From an uncultured Arcobacteraceae bacterium (GTDB lineage Bacteria > Campylobacterota > Campylobacteria > Campylobacterales > Arcobacteraceae): DNA of 64,000 bases. Shown piece after piece: positions 29,147-39,020 of the stretch (position 1 is its first letter; each line of letters begins with the position of its first letter). Below the pieces are notes generated by a model. It saw nothing but the letters and a program-made list of their open reading frames with translations, made no database searches and was not told where the DNA came from. Made by a program: the position numbers and the translations under genes. The stretch covers positions 31,300 to 95,299 of the forward strand of contig CAZWLA010000001.1 of assembly GCA_964633845.1 (NCBI GenBank), written 5' to 3'.

Positions 29147-30092
29147 GATATATATATTAATAATATTGTTATTTAACTTGTCTTGGGCTATAGATATGAA
29201 GCCAACATTATCTTTTATAGCTAGTGCTGGTGTGACAAATCTATCAAGTGATAAAGATAATATTTATATATCTACAAAAGAAGGGAAAATTGATATCTTT
29301 AATATTAAAGATAAAGTTATTGCTAGTAGTATTGAACTTCCTATGATAAAAGATTTTATGGGTGATGATGTACCACCTAAAATCTATTGTACAGATATTT
29401 ATGAAAACCAGATTTTAATAGCATCAAAAGGTAAATCTGGATTTTCTAAGATATTTAAATATGAGAATAATCAGCTTATCAACATTATTGATGTTCAAGA
29501 TCAAAAAGCTATCCTTAAAGCTGTATGGATTGATACAAATAGGATTTTATTTGCAACATTAAGTAATCAGTTTTATTTATATGATATTAAAATTAAAAAA
29601 TATATTTGGCAGATACAAGTGTCTGGATCAAAATTTTCAGATTTTGTATTAAATGAAAAACGAACTCAATTACTTGCAGCAGATGAGAGTGGTGATTTAA
29701 AGCTTCATAATATCAAAGATGGTTCTTTTATCAAATCATATTCTGGTCAGAATCTTGACAATGTATTTCAAGTCGATCTAAAAAATGGAAAAATTATAAC
29801 TGCTGGACAAGATATGAGAACAGTAGTATATGATAAGGACAAGGGAACTTCTTATTCTCAAAAAGCTAGATTTTTAATCTATAGTGCTGCTCTTAGTCCT
29901 AGTGCAAAAATAGGGGCATACGCTAAGTATGAAAATAATGATGTGCAAGTATTTCATACTGAATATAAAAATGATATTATTAAGTTAACTAATAATAAAA
30001 TGACAATAACAAAAATACTATTTATTAATGAAGATGAAGTTTTTGTAGCAAGTGATGCACGAAAAGTAAACTATTATAAATTAAATAAATAA
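29133..30092 (+). CDS. napL: Periplasmic beta-propeller-like protein NapL
   Basis: 319 aa with a signal peptide and repetitive beta-strand-rich sequence. It occupies the position between napF and napD typical of epsilonproteobacterial nap loci. Confidence 0.7.
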   Translation: MKLFKIYILIILLFNLSWAIDMKPTLSFIASAGVTNLSSDKDNIYISTKEGKIDIFNIKDKVIASSIELPMIKDFMGDDVPPKIYCTDIYENQILIASKGKSGFSKIFKYENNQLINIIDVQDQKAILKAVWIDTNRILFATLSNQFYLYDIKIKKYIWQIQVSGSKFSDFVLNEKRTQLLAADESGDLKLHNIKDGSFIKSYSGQNLDNVFQVDLKNGKIITAGQDMRTVVYDKDKGTSYSQKARFLIYSAALSPSAKIGAYAKYENNDVQVFHTEYKNDIIKLTNNKMTITKILFINEDEVFVASDARKVNYYKLNK

Positions 30093-30112
30093 AGTTAAAA
30101 AAGGAAAGTTAA

Positions 30113-30499
30113 ATGAATGTTTCAAGTGTAGTAGTACAAACAGTACCAAAGTTCTTAGATGGTCTTGTAGAAGATCTTAAAAACTGTGATGCATGTGATT
30201 ATCATATGCATGATGAAAAAGGACGAATTATCGTTACTATTGAGGGTGAAAATGTAGGTGAAGAGCTTAAGAAGATGAAAGTTATTCAAGCTTTACCTCA
30301 TGTTGTTGCTGCTGATATGCAAATGGCATATAGTGAAGATGAGTTAGATATCCATATGGAAAGACTTGAAAATGCAGATGCAGTTCCAACAATGCTTCAT
30401 GACAATGATATTAGACCTGAAGAGATTATTTATAATGGTGATCTTAAAAAGAAAGATCTAGAAGGTTTTGCTAAGCAATTTGATAAAACAACAAGATAA
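30113..30499 (+). CDS. napD: NapA maturation chaperone NapD
   Basis: 128 aa. N-terminal VSSVVVQT...IIVTIEGE ferredoxin-like fold pattern. It is the last gene of the nap locus. Confidence 0.75.
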   Translation: MNVSSVVVQTVPKFLDGLVEDLKNCDACDYHMHDEKGRIIVTIEGENVGEELKKMKVIQALPHVVAADMQMAYSEDELDIHMERLENADAVPTMLHDNDIRPEEIIYNGDLKKKDLEGFAKQFDKTTR

Positions 30500-30513
30500 G
30501 CATTAGCTTATCT
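30494..30513. terminator. Stem-loop spanning both stop codons of convergent napD / dCMP deaminase
   Basis: AGATAAGC, ATTA, GCTTATCT. It contains the napD TAA (30497-30499) and the complement of the deaminase stop (30503-30505). Confidence 0.4.
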
Positions 30514-30937
30514 GTTCTATTAATACTCCATTTTCTTTGATAAACTTTGATATTTTATCTGAGTTTGTATGTTCATAAGACTTATTGTAAACAATACGCT
30601 TAATACCACTAGCAATTAAGTTTTTACTACACTCACTACATGGTTCTAGAGTTACATAAATTGTGGCACCATCAATACTAATGCCTTCTCTAGCAGCCCA
30701 AATTATAGCATTCATCTCTGCATGAATTTCATATGTTTTTGACCAATCATGGTGCTCTTTTGTATATTCACCATTCCAATGATCACAGCAGTTTGTGTGA
30801 CCAGGTGGTGTACCATTATATCCAGTAGATAATATTCTGCCATTTTTCACTATTACAGCACCTACTTGCTTTGATACACATTTTGAAGCAGATGCTAACT
30901 CTTTAGCTATATTTATAAAAACCTGATCATTAATCAC
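30503..30937 (-). CDS. dCMP / cytidine-deoxycytidylate deaminase family protein
   Basis: 144 aa. Zinc motifs HAEMNAI and PCSECSK. Confidence 0.88.
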   Translation of the reverse strand: MINDQVFINIAKELASASKCVSKQVGAVIVKNGRILSTGYNGTPPGHTNCCDHWNGEYTKEHHDWSKTYEIHAEMNAIIWAAREGISIDGATIYVTLEPCSECSKNLIASGIKRIVYNKSYEHTNSDKISKFIKENGVLIEQIS

Positions 30938-31003
30938 ATTTTACTCCTAATGTAAACTATGATATGATTATATCAGATAAAAATAAAATAGGAGAATGCA
31001 AAT

Positions 31004-31540
31004 ATGATAAAAATATTATTAGCATCTATAGTGCTAGCAAGTTCACTTTTGGCTACACAGTTTACAATTAATCTTGATGGCCAATATGCAAAAGAAAAAA
31101 AGACTATTAAACTTGATCTACTTACAGATGATGAGGGTAAGATTGTAGCTGGACAAAAGATAGATTTTTTAGATCCATTATCAAAGATAAAGTCACTTAA
31201 AATAGTAACAGCTTCAGGGTTGAAAGGCACGATGGTAGATGAGAGAGAGTTAGTTGTATTTTATAAAACATCATTGACTATACAGGGTTTAAAGATACGA
31301 AATCTATACAAAGTGGCACATGTAAGAGTGTATGATGACAATACTAATATAGATATTAAATTTGATAAAGATCATTATCAAAATATTGTTTCATACTTAA
31401 GATATCATAATGTAGGGTCTGATACTATAAAAGATTTAGATAATTTATATGGATCTTGGCAGGATGTAGAAGTGAAAGATGATAATGAATCTACAGAAGC
31501 CAAAAAAGTTGAGACTTCTGAGATTAGTGAGTTAAATTAA
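31004..31540 (+). CDS. Hypothetical secreted protein
   Basis: 178 aa with a signal peptide (MIKILLASIVLASSLLA) and an acidic C-terminal tail. No motif recognised. Confidence 0.55.
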   Translation: MIKILLASIVLASSLLATQFTINLDGQYAKEKKTIKLDLLTDDEGKIVAGQKIDFLDPLSKIKSLKIVTASGLKGTMVDERELVVFYKTSLTIQGLKIRNLYKVAHVRVYDDNTNIDIKFDKDHYQNIVSYLRYHNVGSDTIKDLDNLYGSWQDVEVKDDNESTEAKKVETSEISELN

Positions 31541-31554
31541 TTTAACTCTTTTTT
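31529..31554 (+). terminator. Intrinsic terminator overlapping the ends of two convergent genes
   Basis: GAGTTAAA, TTAA, TTTAACTC, then TTTTTT (31549-31554). It includes the TAA at 31538-31540 and the apbC stop complement at 31553-31555. Confidence 0.6.
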
Positions 31555-32653
31555 ACATACTACAAGCACTTTGACCTGGTGCTGTAGTAGGTTGTATAGC
31601 AGAGTTATCTGCATCACTATTTTCAACTTCTTCCCAAAGTTTAGCAGCAGCTGCTAAATATCTTTTACCAGTAGCTGATTCAGGATAATGGAATACTACT
31701 GGTTTACCAGAATCTCCACCAACTCTAATTGTAGGTTCGATTGGTATATTTCCAAGAACTTGAGTGTCATATTCTTTTGCTAACTCTTCACAAGTACCAG
31801 TTCCAAAGATATCTGATTCCTCATCACAATTTGGACAAATAAATCCAGACATATTTTCAACTACACCAGCTACAGGAATATGAAGCTTTTTAAACATCTC
31901 TAAAGATCTTCTAGAGTCATCAAGTGCAACTTGCTGAGGAGTAGTTACATTAACTCCACATGTTACAGGTACACTTTGTGCAAGTGTAAGTTGTGCATCA
32001 CCAGTTCCTGGAGGCATATCAATTACAAGTACATCTAACTCTTCCCAAAGAATATCTCTTAGAAGTTGTTCAATAGCTTTCATAACCATAGAACCTCTCC
32101 ACATAAGAGCTTGACCTTCTTGCATAAGTGATCCCATTGACATTACAGAAACGCCATATGCTTCATAAGGCATAACTTTTTGACCAACAATTTGTGGTTC
32201 TTCATTTTCAATACCCATCATACGAGGGATATTTGGACCATAAATATCTGCATCTAAAAGACCAACTTTTTTACCTTGCATTGCAAGAGCTATTGCAAGA
32301 TTTACAGAAGTTGTTGATTTACCAACTCCACCTTTTCCAGAACTTACCATAACAAAGTTTTTTACTTGTGGAGCAATATTTTTACCACTTTGTGAATTAC
32401 TTTGCTGTTGTGGAGCAGCTGGCTTTTGAATATGAATTTCAGCATTAAGTCCTAAGCTTGCTATCTCTTTAGTGATCTCTTCTCTTAGTGTTGAATCAAC
32501 TTCACTAGCAGTTGATGTGATATCTAAAAAGATAACAGCATTGCTACCATTTAATTCAACATCTTTTAAAAATCCAAATTCTACAATTGATTTGGAAAAC
32601 CCTGGATATTTTACGTTTGATAATTTTTCTTTAATTTCAGCAATATTTGCCAT
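31553..32653 (-). CDS. apbC: Mrp/ApbC-type Fe-S cluster carrier ATPase
   Basis: 366 aa. N-terminal DUF59-like domain, deviant Walker A SGKGGVGKST, CPNC motif (FICPNCDEESDIFG). Confidence 0.9.
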   Translation of the reverse strand: MANIAEIKEKLSNVKYPGFSKSIVEFGFLKDVELNGSNAVIFLDITSTASEVDSTLREEITKEIASLGLNAEIHIQKPAAPQQQSNSQSGKNIAPQVKNFVMVSSGKGGVGKSTTSVNLAIALAMQGKKVGLLDADIYGPNIPRMMGIENEEPQIVGQKVMPYEAYGVSVMSMGSLMQEGQALMWRGSMVMKAIEQLLRDILWEELDVLVIDMPPGTGDAQLTLAQSVPVTCGVNVTTPQQVALDDSRRSLEMFKKLHIPVAGVVENMSGFICPNCDEESDIFGTGTCEELAKEYDTQVLGNIPIEPTIRVGGDSGKPVVFHYPESATGKRYLAAAAKLWEEVENSDADNSAIQPTTAPGQSACSM

Positions 32654-32946
32654 ATATTAATTCCTTATTTTTTGATAAAAACATAATAATCTAAAGAAGA
32701 TAAAATTTGTCTTAATTAGCTTAGTTATATTTTGATTATATATTTTTATTGCTTAAATAGTAGTTTTATAGATACTACTAAGAAACTTTAAAAGATTTTT
32801 GGATATAATCCGTAACTTTTTTCAAAGATGTAAGGGAACTTATCCCAAATACCTTAATGGAATTAGGAGTATTGAAGTAGTATGTACTATTTTGAGAAGC
32901 TTGTGTGGAGCTAAATTCACAACAAACCAAATTTAAAAGGAAAGAA

Positions 32947-33321
32947 ATGCCTACGATTAATCAATTAATCAGACAAGAGCGAAAGAAGAAGGTTAAAAAA
33001 TCTCCATCTGCTGCTTTAGAAAAATGTCCACAAAGAAGAGGAGTATGTACAAGAGTATATACAACTACACCAAAGAAACCTAACTCGGCTTTAAGAAAAG
33101 TTGCAAAAGTTAGATTAACTACTGGATTTGAGGTTATCTCATATATTGGTGGTGAGGGTCACAACCTTCAAGAGCATTCGATTGTTCTAGTAAGAGGAGG
33201 TAGAATCAAAGATTTACCTGGTGTTAAGTATCACATCGTAAGAGGTGCATTAGATACAGCTGGTGTTGCAAATAGAACTGTTGCAAGATCTAAATACGGT
33301 ACTAAAAAGCCGAAGAAATAG
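32947..33321 (+). CDS. rpsL: 30S ribosomal protein S12
   Basis: The track ORF starts at a GTG at 32905. The conserved N-terminus [14 protein letters not shown] begins at the ATG at 32947, preceded by AAGGAAAG. That gives 124 aa. Confidence 0.95.
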   Translation: MPTINQLIRQERKKKVKKSPSAALEKCPQRRGVCTRVYTTTPKKPNSALRKVAKVRLTTGFEVISYIGGEGHNLQEHSIVLVRGGRIKDLPGVKYHIVRGALDTAGVANRTVARSKYGTKKPKK

Positions 33322-33334
33322 TAGAGAGGATTAG

Positions 33335-33805
<471 letters not shown>

Positions 33806-33814
33806 GCAATTAAG

Positions 33815-35929
33815 ATGGCAAGAAAAACTCCCCTTAATAGACTTAGAAATATCGGTATTGCTGCACACATTGATGCAGGTAAAACTACAACAACAGAGAG
33901 AATTTTATTCTATACTGGTGTTGAGCATAAAATTGGTGAAGTTCATGATGGTGCTGCTACTATGGACTGGATGGAGCAAGAGCAAGAAAGAGGTATTACA
34001 ATTACTTCTGCTGCAACTACTTGTAACTGGACTCACCCAAAGACAAATGAAGAGCTAATGATTAACATTATTGATACTCCAGGTCACGTTGACTTCACTA
34101 TTGAAGTTGAGAGATCTATGAGAGTTCTTGATGGTGCTGTAGCTGTATTCTGTTCAGTTGGTGGGGTTCAACCACAATCTGAAACAGTTTGGAGACAAGC
34201 TAATAAATATAGAGTTCCAAGAATGATCTTTGTTAATAAGATGGATAGAACTGGTGCAGATTTCTTTATGGTTGAGTCTCAAGTAAATGAAAGACTTAAA
34301 TCAAATGCTGTTCCAATTCAAATCCCTATTGGTGCTGAAGAGAACTTCCAAGGTGTTATTGATCTAGTAAAAATGAAAGCTATCGTTTGGGATCAAGATG
34401 CAGCAATGGGTTCTGCTTATCATGAAGAAGAGATTCCTGCTGATTTAGTTGACCAAGCTGAAGAGTATAGAGAAAAAATGATGGAAGCAGCTGCTGAAGC
34501 TGATGAAGCATTAATGGAAAAATACTTTGAAGAGGGTGAGCTTTCTGAAGATGAAATCGTTGAAGGTCTTAAAAAAGGTTGTCTAAATATGACAATTACT
34601 CCAATGACTTGTGGTACTGCATTTAAAAATAAAGGTGTTCAAACTTTACTTGATGCTGTTGCTATGTACTTACCATCTCCACTAGAAGTTGAAGATATTA
34701 AGGGTGAGACTCAAGATGGTGAAGCAGTTGTTGTAGAATCTACTGATGACGGTGAAGTAGCTGCTCTTGCATTTAAAATTATGACAGATCCATTTGTTGG
34801 TCAGTTAACATTTACAAGAGTTTATAGAGGACAATTAAAGTCTGGTAGTTATGTACAAAACTCTACTAAGATGAAAAAAGAAAGAATCGGAAGACTTCTT
34901 AAGATGCATGCTATCAAAAGAGAAGAAGTTTCTGAGCTTTATGCTGGAGAAATTGGTGCAGTTGTTGGTCTTAAGACTACAATCACTGGTGATACACTTG
35001 CGTCTTCTGAAGATCCAGTAATCTTAGAAAGAATGGACTTCCCAGAGCCAGTAATCTCTGTTGCAGTTGAGCCAAAAACAAAAGCTGACCAAGAAAAAAT
35101 GGGTATTGCACTAGGTAAACTAGCACAAGAAGATCCATCATTTAGAGTTGCTACAGATGAAGAATCTGGTCAAACTATTATTTCAGGAATGGGTGAGCTT
35201 CACCTTGAAATTCTTGTAGATAGAATGAAAAGAGAATTCTCTGTTGAAGCTGAAGTTGGTGCTCCACAAGTTGCTTATAGAGAAACTATTAAAAACCCTG
35301 TTGATCAAGAGTACAAGTACTCTAAGCAATCTGGTGGTAAGGGTCAATATGGACATGTTTACCTTAAGATTGAGCCTATGACTGCTGAAGAGACAAATGA
35401 CGAAGGTTTCGAATTTGTATCTGAGATCAAAGGTGGATCTATTCCAAAAGAGTATATTCCAGCTGTTGAAAAAGGTTGTAAAGAAACAATGCTTGGTGGT
35501 ATCTTAGCTGGTTATCCTCTAGTTGATATTAGAGTTACAGTTTATGATGGTTCTTACCATGATGTTGATTCATCTGAGATGGCATTTAAACTTGCTGCAT
35601 CTATGGGATTCAAAGCTGGTTGTAGACAAGGTGCTGCAGAAGCTTGTATTCTTGAGCCTATGATGAGAGTTGAGATTGAAACACCAGAAGATTACATGGG
35701 TGATGTTATTGGTGATTGTAACAAAAGAAGAGGACAAGTTCAGTCTATGGATGACAGAGCTGGTGTTAAATTAGTTGTTGCATTAGTTCCTCTAGCAGAA
35801 ATGTTCGGTTACTCTACAGACTTAAGATCTATGTCTCAAGGTAGAGCAACTTACTCAATGATCTTTGATCAGTACATGGAAGTTCCAAGAAATGTAGCTG
35901 AAGAGATTATGAAGAAAAGGAATGGGTAG
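33815..35929 (+). CDS. fusA: Elongation factor G
   Basis: 704 aa. [30 protein letters not shown]. Confidence 0.97.
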   Translation: MARKTPLNRLRNIGIAAHIDAGKTTTTERILFYTGVEHKIGEVHDGAATMDWMEQEQERGITITSAATTCNWTHPKTNEELMINIIDTPGHVDFTIEVERSMRVLDGAVAVFCSVGGVQPQSETVWRQANKYRVPRMIFVNKMDRTGADFFMVESQVNERLKSNAVPIQIPIGAEENFQGVIDLVKMKAIVWDQDAAMGSAYHEEEIPADLVDQAEEYREKMMEAAAEADEALMEKYFEEGELSEDEIVEGLKKGCLNMTITPMTCGTAFKNKGVQTLLDAVAMYLPSPLEVEDIKGETQDGEAVVVESTDDGEVAALAFKIMTDPFVGQLTFTRVYRGQLKSGSYVQNSTKMKKERIGRLLKMHAIKREEVSELYAGEIGAVVGLKTTITGDTLASSEDPVILERMDFPEPVISVAVEPKTKADQEKMGIALGKLAQEDPSFRVATDEESGQTIISGMGELHLEILVDRMKREFSVEAEVGAPQVAYRETIKNPVDQEYKYSKQSGGKGQYGHVYLKIEPMTAEETNDEGFEFVSEIKGGSIPKEYIPAVEKGCKETMLGGILAGYPLVDIRVTVYDGSYHDVDSSEMAFKLAASMGFKAGCRQGAAEACILEPMMRVEIETPEDYMGDVIGDCNKRRGQVQSMDDRAGVKLVVALVPLAEMFGYSTDLRSMSQGRATYSMIFDQYMEVPRNVAEEIMKKRNG

Positions 35930-35953
35930 TTTATAGCTAAACTATTTATTTTA

Positions 35954-35982
35954 AAAGCCTCATCGAAAGATGGGGCTTTTTT
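35954..35982. terminator. Bidirectional intrinsic terminator (fusA / cytochrome c gene)
   Basis: AGCCTCATC, GAAA, GATGGGGCT (one G-U pair), followed by TTTTTT with an A-run upstream. It abuts the stop of the minus-strand ORF at 35981. Confidence 0.75.
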
Positions 35983-36421
35983 AATTTAAACTATTTAAAT
36001 AAAAATGGATAGATTTTAATTCTTCATCAGTAAGAAAATATTGTGGCATTATTGATATATGTTTCTTTGCTCTATTAAGTATTTGTTTTTCTTTTTTAGA
36101 AAGGGAAAGATTATTTACAGCTTTTTTAAATAATTCAAAATCAATATTTCTAATATTAGATGCCGTAATTGTATACGACTTTTTTTCTTTTTCTTTTTTC
36201 GATCTATGTTTATATGAAGCTATAAATGAGCCTGTTCCATCATCTCCATGGCACTTATTGCATCCAATACCTCTTGGATTTTCATATAGCATTTTCCCAT
36301 ATTCTTTTTGTGTAATAAATGATGAATTTATCTCTCCTATAGGGTTAGAGTTAAGAGATGATAGTAATAAGATAGTAAGTACAGATATTTTTAACATATA
36401 GTGATTATATATGATATTCAC
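35981..36421 (-). CDS. Periplasmic monohaem class I c-type cytochrome
   Basis: 146 aa. Signal peptide, single CNKCHG haem motif, distal Met candidate in SIMPQYF. Confidence 0.75.
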   Translation of the reverse strand: MNIIYNHYMLKISVLTILLLSSLNSNPIGEINSSFITQKEYGKMLYENPRGIGCNKCHGDDGTGSFIASYKHRSKKEKEKKSYTITASNIRNIDFELFKKAVNNLSLSKKEKQILNRAKKHISIMPQYFLTDEELKSIHFYLNSLN

Positions 36422-36471
36422 TTTTATTTAGTTATAATGATATATAAGTAAACAACAAAGGAAGAATCTTA

Positions 36472-37095
36472 ATGGACTTTTTTTTAAATCCGAATATCAT
36501 ATTTTATATAGTAGCCTATTTAGTAGGATCTATTCCGTTTGGTATGATACTAGCACAAAGATTTGCAGGTGTAAATGTACAAGAATCAGGTAGTAAATCA
36601 ATTGGTGCGACAAACGTACTTAGAGTTGTAAAGCAAACAAATCCTGATTTAGCTAAAAAGTTAGGTATTGCTACTGTATTACTAGATGCTATTAAAGGGA
36701 TAGTAGTACTTTTAGGGGCTATGGCAATGGGTATGTCCCAAGAGACACTATGGGGTATAGCTGTGCTTGCTGTACTTGGGCATTGTTATAGTATATATTT
36801 AGGGCTAGAGGGAGGTAAAGGTGTTGCTACTGGTTTAGGTGTATTTCTAGTAATGATTCCAGTACCTGCTTTAATAGGTGCTGCTGTTTGGGGATTTTGT
36901 GCAAAGGTTCTAAAAGTATCATCTGTATCATCTCTAATAGGTTTAGTTGCTGTAGTGATATCTGCAGTAATTATGGATGATGGAGTAGGTGTAGGATCAA
37001 ATGTTCCTATGTATATTATCACTTTTATTATATTCTATAAGCATATTCCAAATATAGTAAGATTAGTAAAAGGTGAAGAGGGTCAAGTAGTTTAA
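36472..37095 (+). CDS. plsY: Glycerol-3-phosphate acyltransferase PlsY
   Basis: 207 aa polytopic protein. GSKSIGATNV and GGKGVATGLG motifs. Confidence 0.92.
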   Translation: MDFFLNPNIIFYIVAYLVGSIPFGMILAQRFAGVNVQESGSKSIGATNVLRVVKQTNPDLAKKLGIATVLLDAIKGIVVLLGAMAMGMSQETLWGIAVLAVLGHCYSIYLGLEGGKGVATGLGVFLVMIPVPALIGAAVWGFCAKVLKVSSVSSLIGLVAVVISAVIMDDGVGVGSNVPMYIITFIIFYKHIPNIVRLVKGEEGQVV

Positions 37096-37406
37096 TGAAA
37101 GTAAATATTAATAATTTAGAATTTAAATGTATTATTGGTATTTTAGATTTTGAGAGAAAGAAAAAGCAAAGAGTAATAGTAGATATATCTTTTAAATATG
37201 ATTATAAAAAAGATGACTTTATAGATTATTCAGAAATTGCATTAGTGGTAAAACAAAATATTAAAAAAGGTAGATTTGGTTTAATTGAAGACGCTATTTT
37301 GGATACGAATAATTTACTAAAATATCAATTTAATATTAAAAAACTAAAGATTAAAATTACTAAGCCAGATATACTAAAAGATTCTTTAGTATCAGTAGAG
37401 AATTAG
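37095..37406 (+). CDS. folB: Dihydroneopterin aldolase
   Basis: 103 aa. LEFKCIIGILDFERKKKQRVIVDISF pattern of the FolB tunnelling fold. The start overlaps the plsY stop. Confidence 0.7.
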   Translation: MKVNINNLEFKCIIGILDFERKKKQRVIVDISFKYDYKKDDFIDYSEIALVVKQNIKKGRFGLIEDAILDTNNLLKYQFNIKKLKIKITKPDILKDSLVSVEN

Positions 37407-37422
37407 ACATTTAGTCTAATTC
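37400..37422. terminator. Stem-loop spanning both stop codons of convergent folB / mqn gene
   Basis: GAATTAGAC, ATTTA, GTCTAATTC. It contains the folB TAG (37404-37406) and the complement of the minus-strand stop (37411-37413). Confidence 0.4.
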
Positions 37423-38466
37423 ATTATATAAGCTATCTCTTTCCACTGGTGTAAAGCCACTATTTTTAATTAGTGATTTAAATTCTTCTAGTTTCATACC
37501 GTTTGCACTTGCCGCACCTGCCGCACTATTAATTGATTCCTTTTCAATTGTACCATCTAGATCATTTGCTCCAAACTCTTGAGAAAGTAGTGCTAATTTA
37601 ACTGTAGAAGTTACCCAGTATGCTTTGATGCTAGGAAAGTTATCAAGCATAAGTCTTGAGATTGCCATAGTTTTTAAAATCTCTTGAGCCGTTAAATCTT
37701 CTTTTACATTTAGATAGTTGTTTTCAGTTTGATATACAAGAGGAATAAATGAATTAAATCCATTTGTAGTATCTTGAAGATCTCTTAGTCTCATCATATG
37801 GTCAATTCTATTTGCCCTTGATTCAATATGACCAAATAGCATTGTAGCATTACTTTGTTGTCCTGCATCATGCCAAAGTTTATGTATATCAAGCCATTGT
37901 TGTGACGTAACTTTTCCGCCACAAATTCTTTTTCGTACAGTTTCATCAAAGATCTCTGCCCCACCGCCAGGCATTGAATCTACACCATATTGCACCATCA
38001 TATCGATAATTTCTTGATGAGAAAGATTATACTCTTCACTTAAAAAATGAATCTCCGCAGCTGTTAGTGCTTTTACATGAAGGTCTGGATATTTAGATTT
38101 AATCTTTTTAAATACTTCCATATACCACTCTAAACCTGTATTTGGATTATGTGCTGATACTATATGCACCTCTTTAATACCATTTTTTATACTGCCATCT
38201 ACAACATCTAAGATCTCTTCGTGAGTCATAGCATATTGATTTGGATTTTTTCTACTAGCACTATATGCACAAAATTGACATACATCTTTACAGATATTTG
38301 TAGGGTTTATATGTCTATTTATATTGTAGTATGTTTTTTTAGCAAATTTATCAATTCTAAGTTGATTTGCATAGTGGCCTAAAGTTAGAAGGTCTAGATT
38401 ATATAAGGCGATACCGTCTTCATAGCTTAGCCTTTGTCTTGATTCAAGTTTTTTAATTAGAGTCAT
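37411..38466 (-). CDS. mqnE: Radical SAM menaquinone (futalosine pathway) enzyme, MqnE/MqnC family; most like aminofutalosine synthase
   Basis: 351 aa. CKDVCQFCAY radical-SAM cluster preceded by NRHINPTNIC, and GGGAEIF. MqnE versus MqnC cannot be settled by eye. Confidence 0.7.
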   Translation of the reverse strand: MTLIKKLESRQRLSYEDGIALYNLDLLTLGHYANQLRIDKFAKKTYYNINRHINPTNICKDVCQFCAYSASRKNPNQYAMTHEEILDVVDGSIKNGIKEVHIVSAHNPNTGLEWYMEVFKKIKSKYPDLHVKALTAAEIHFLSEEYNLSHQEIIDMMVQYGVDSMPGGGAEIFDETVRKRICGGKVTSQQWLDIHKLWHDAGQQSNATMLFGHIESRANRIDHMMRLRDLQDTTNGFNSFIPLVYQTENNYLNVKEDLTAQEILKTMAISRLMLDNFPSIKAYWVTSTVKLALLSQEFGANDLDGTIEKESINSAAGAASANGMKLEEFKSLIKNSGFTPVERDSLYNELD

Positions 38467-38783
38467 TATTTACACTCTAAATCTTGAAGAATATTGTCTT
38501 TGAAGTCTGCCCAAATAAATCCTCTACATTCTTGTTTTGTATCTAAATTTTTAAACCTTACAGTATATTTGTATCCTTCGATATTCGTATCTTCATTTCT
38601 AAACTTAATAATCTTTGCAACTGTAACATTTTTGATATTTTGATAACCAATTTTGTGAAGAACAAATGCTGCTTTACTAGCTTTACCCATCTCATTCATC
38701 ATATAAGCAATGATTCCTAATACAATAAGTGTAGCAATAATTGCGATTGTCTTTTTTGGTATTTTTCTTGTTTCTTGATTCAT
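38466..38783 (-). CDS. Small single-pass membrane protein, hypothetical
   Basis: 105 aa with one TM (IAIIATLIVLGIIAYMM). Its stop overlaps the mqn start (TAATG), which suggests translational coupling. Confidence 0.55.
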   Translation of the reverse strand: MNQETRKIPKKTIAIIATLIVLGIIAYMMNEMGKASKAAFVLHKIGYQNIKNVTVAKIIKFRNEDTNIEGYKYTVRFKNLDTKQECRGFIWADFKDNILQDLECK

Positions 38784-38844
38784 ATATGGATTGTATTGAA
38801 AAAATGATTATAGATATATAAAATTAAAATTCTAGTTTTGATTA

Positions 38845-38920
38845 TGGAGGAGCTACCCAGACTCGAACTGGGGCATGGAGGATTTGCAATCCACTGCATT
38901 ACCAACTTTGCTATAGCTCC
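38845..38920 (-). tRNA. tRNA-Cys (anticodon GCA)
   Basis: Reverse complement: GGAGCTATAGCAAAGTTGGTAATGCAGTGGATTGCAAATCCTCCATGCCCCAGTTCGAGTCTGGGTAGCTCCTCCA. Anticodon loop TTGCAAA, T-loop GTTCGAGTC, encoded CCA. Confidence 0.88.
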
Positions 38921-39020
38921 GTATTTTAAGTTCGAAATTTTAGTAAATTTTAGCTTTATATTTAATTAAACGAGTTTAAATTGATAATTGGATAGTATTC
39001 ATTTTATTTGGGAGTTACAT

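Noticed and set aside
32882-32914. Possible 10-codon leader ORF ([10 protein letters not shown]) in the rpsL 5' leader, downstream of an AGGAG.
   Set aside because: The 12-nt spacing from the AGGAG is long, the ORF is tiny, and no attenuator-like alternative structure is visible. It is most likely fortuitous.
32905-32946. N-terminal extension of rpsL from a GTG start ([14 protein letters not shown]-).
   Set aside because: The universally conserved S12 N-terminus MPTINQLIR begins at the ATG at 32947, which has a purine-rich RBS. The extension has no counterpart in S12 proteins.
38988-39020. TTG-initiated extension of ilvA (MDSIHFIWELH-).
   Set aside because: GGGAG lies 6 nt upstream of the ATG at 39021, and the extension has no similarity to threonine dehydratase N-termini. 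This judgement is made by eye, so the longer form cannot be fully excluded.
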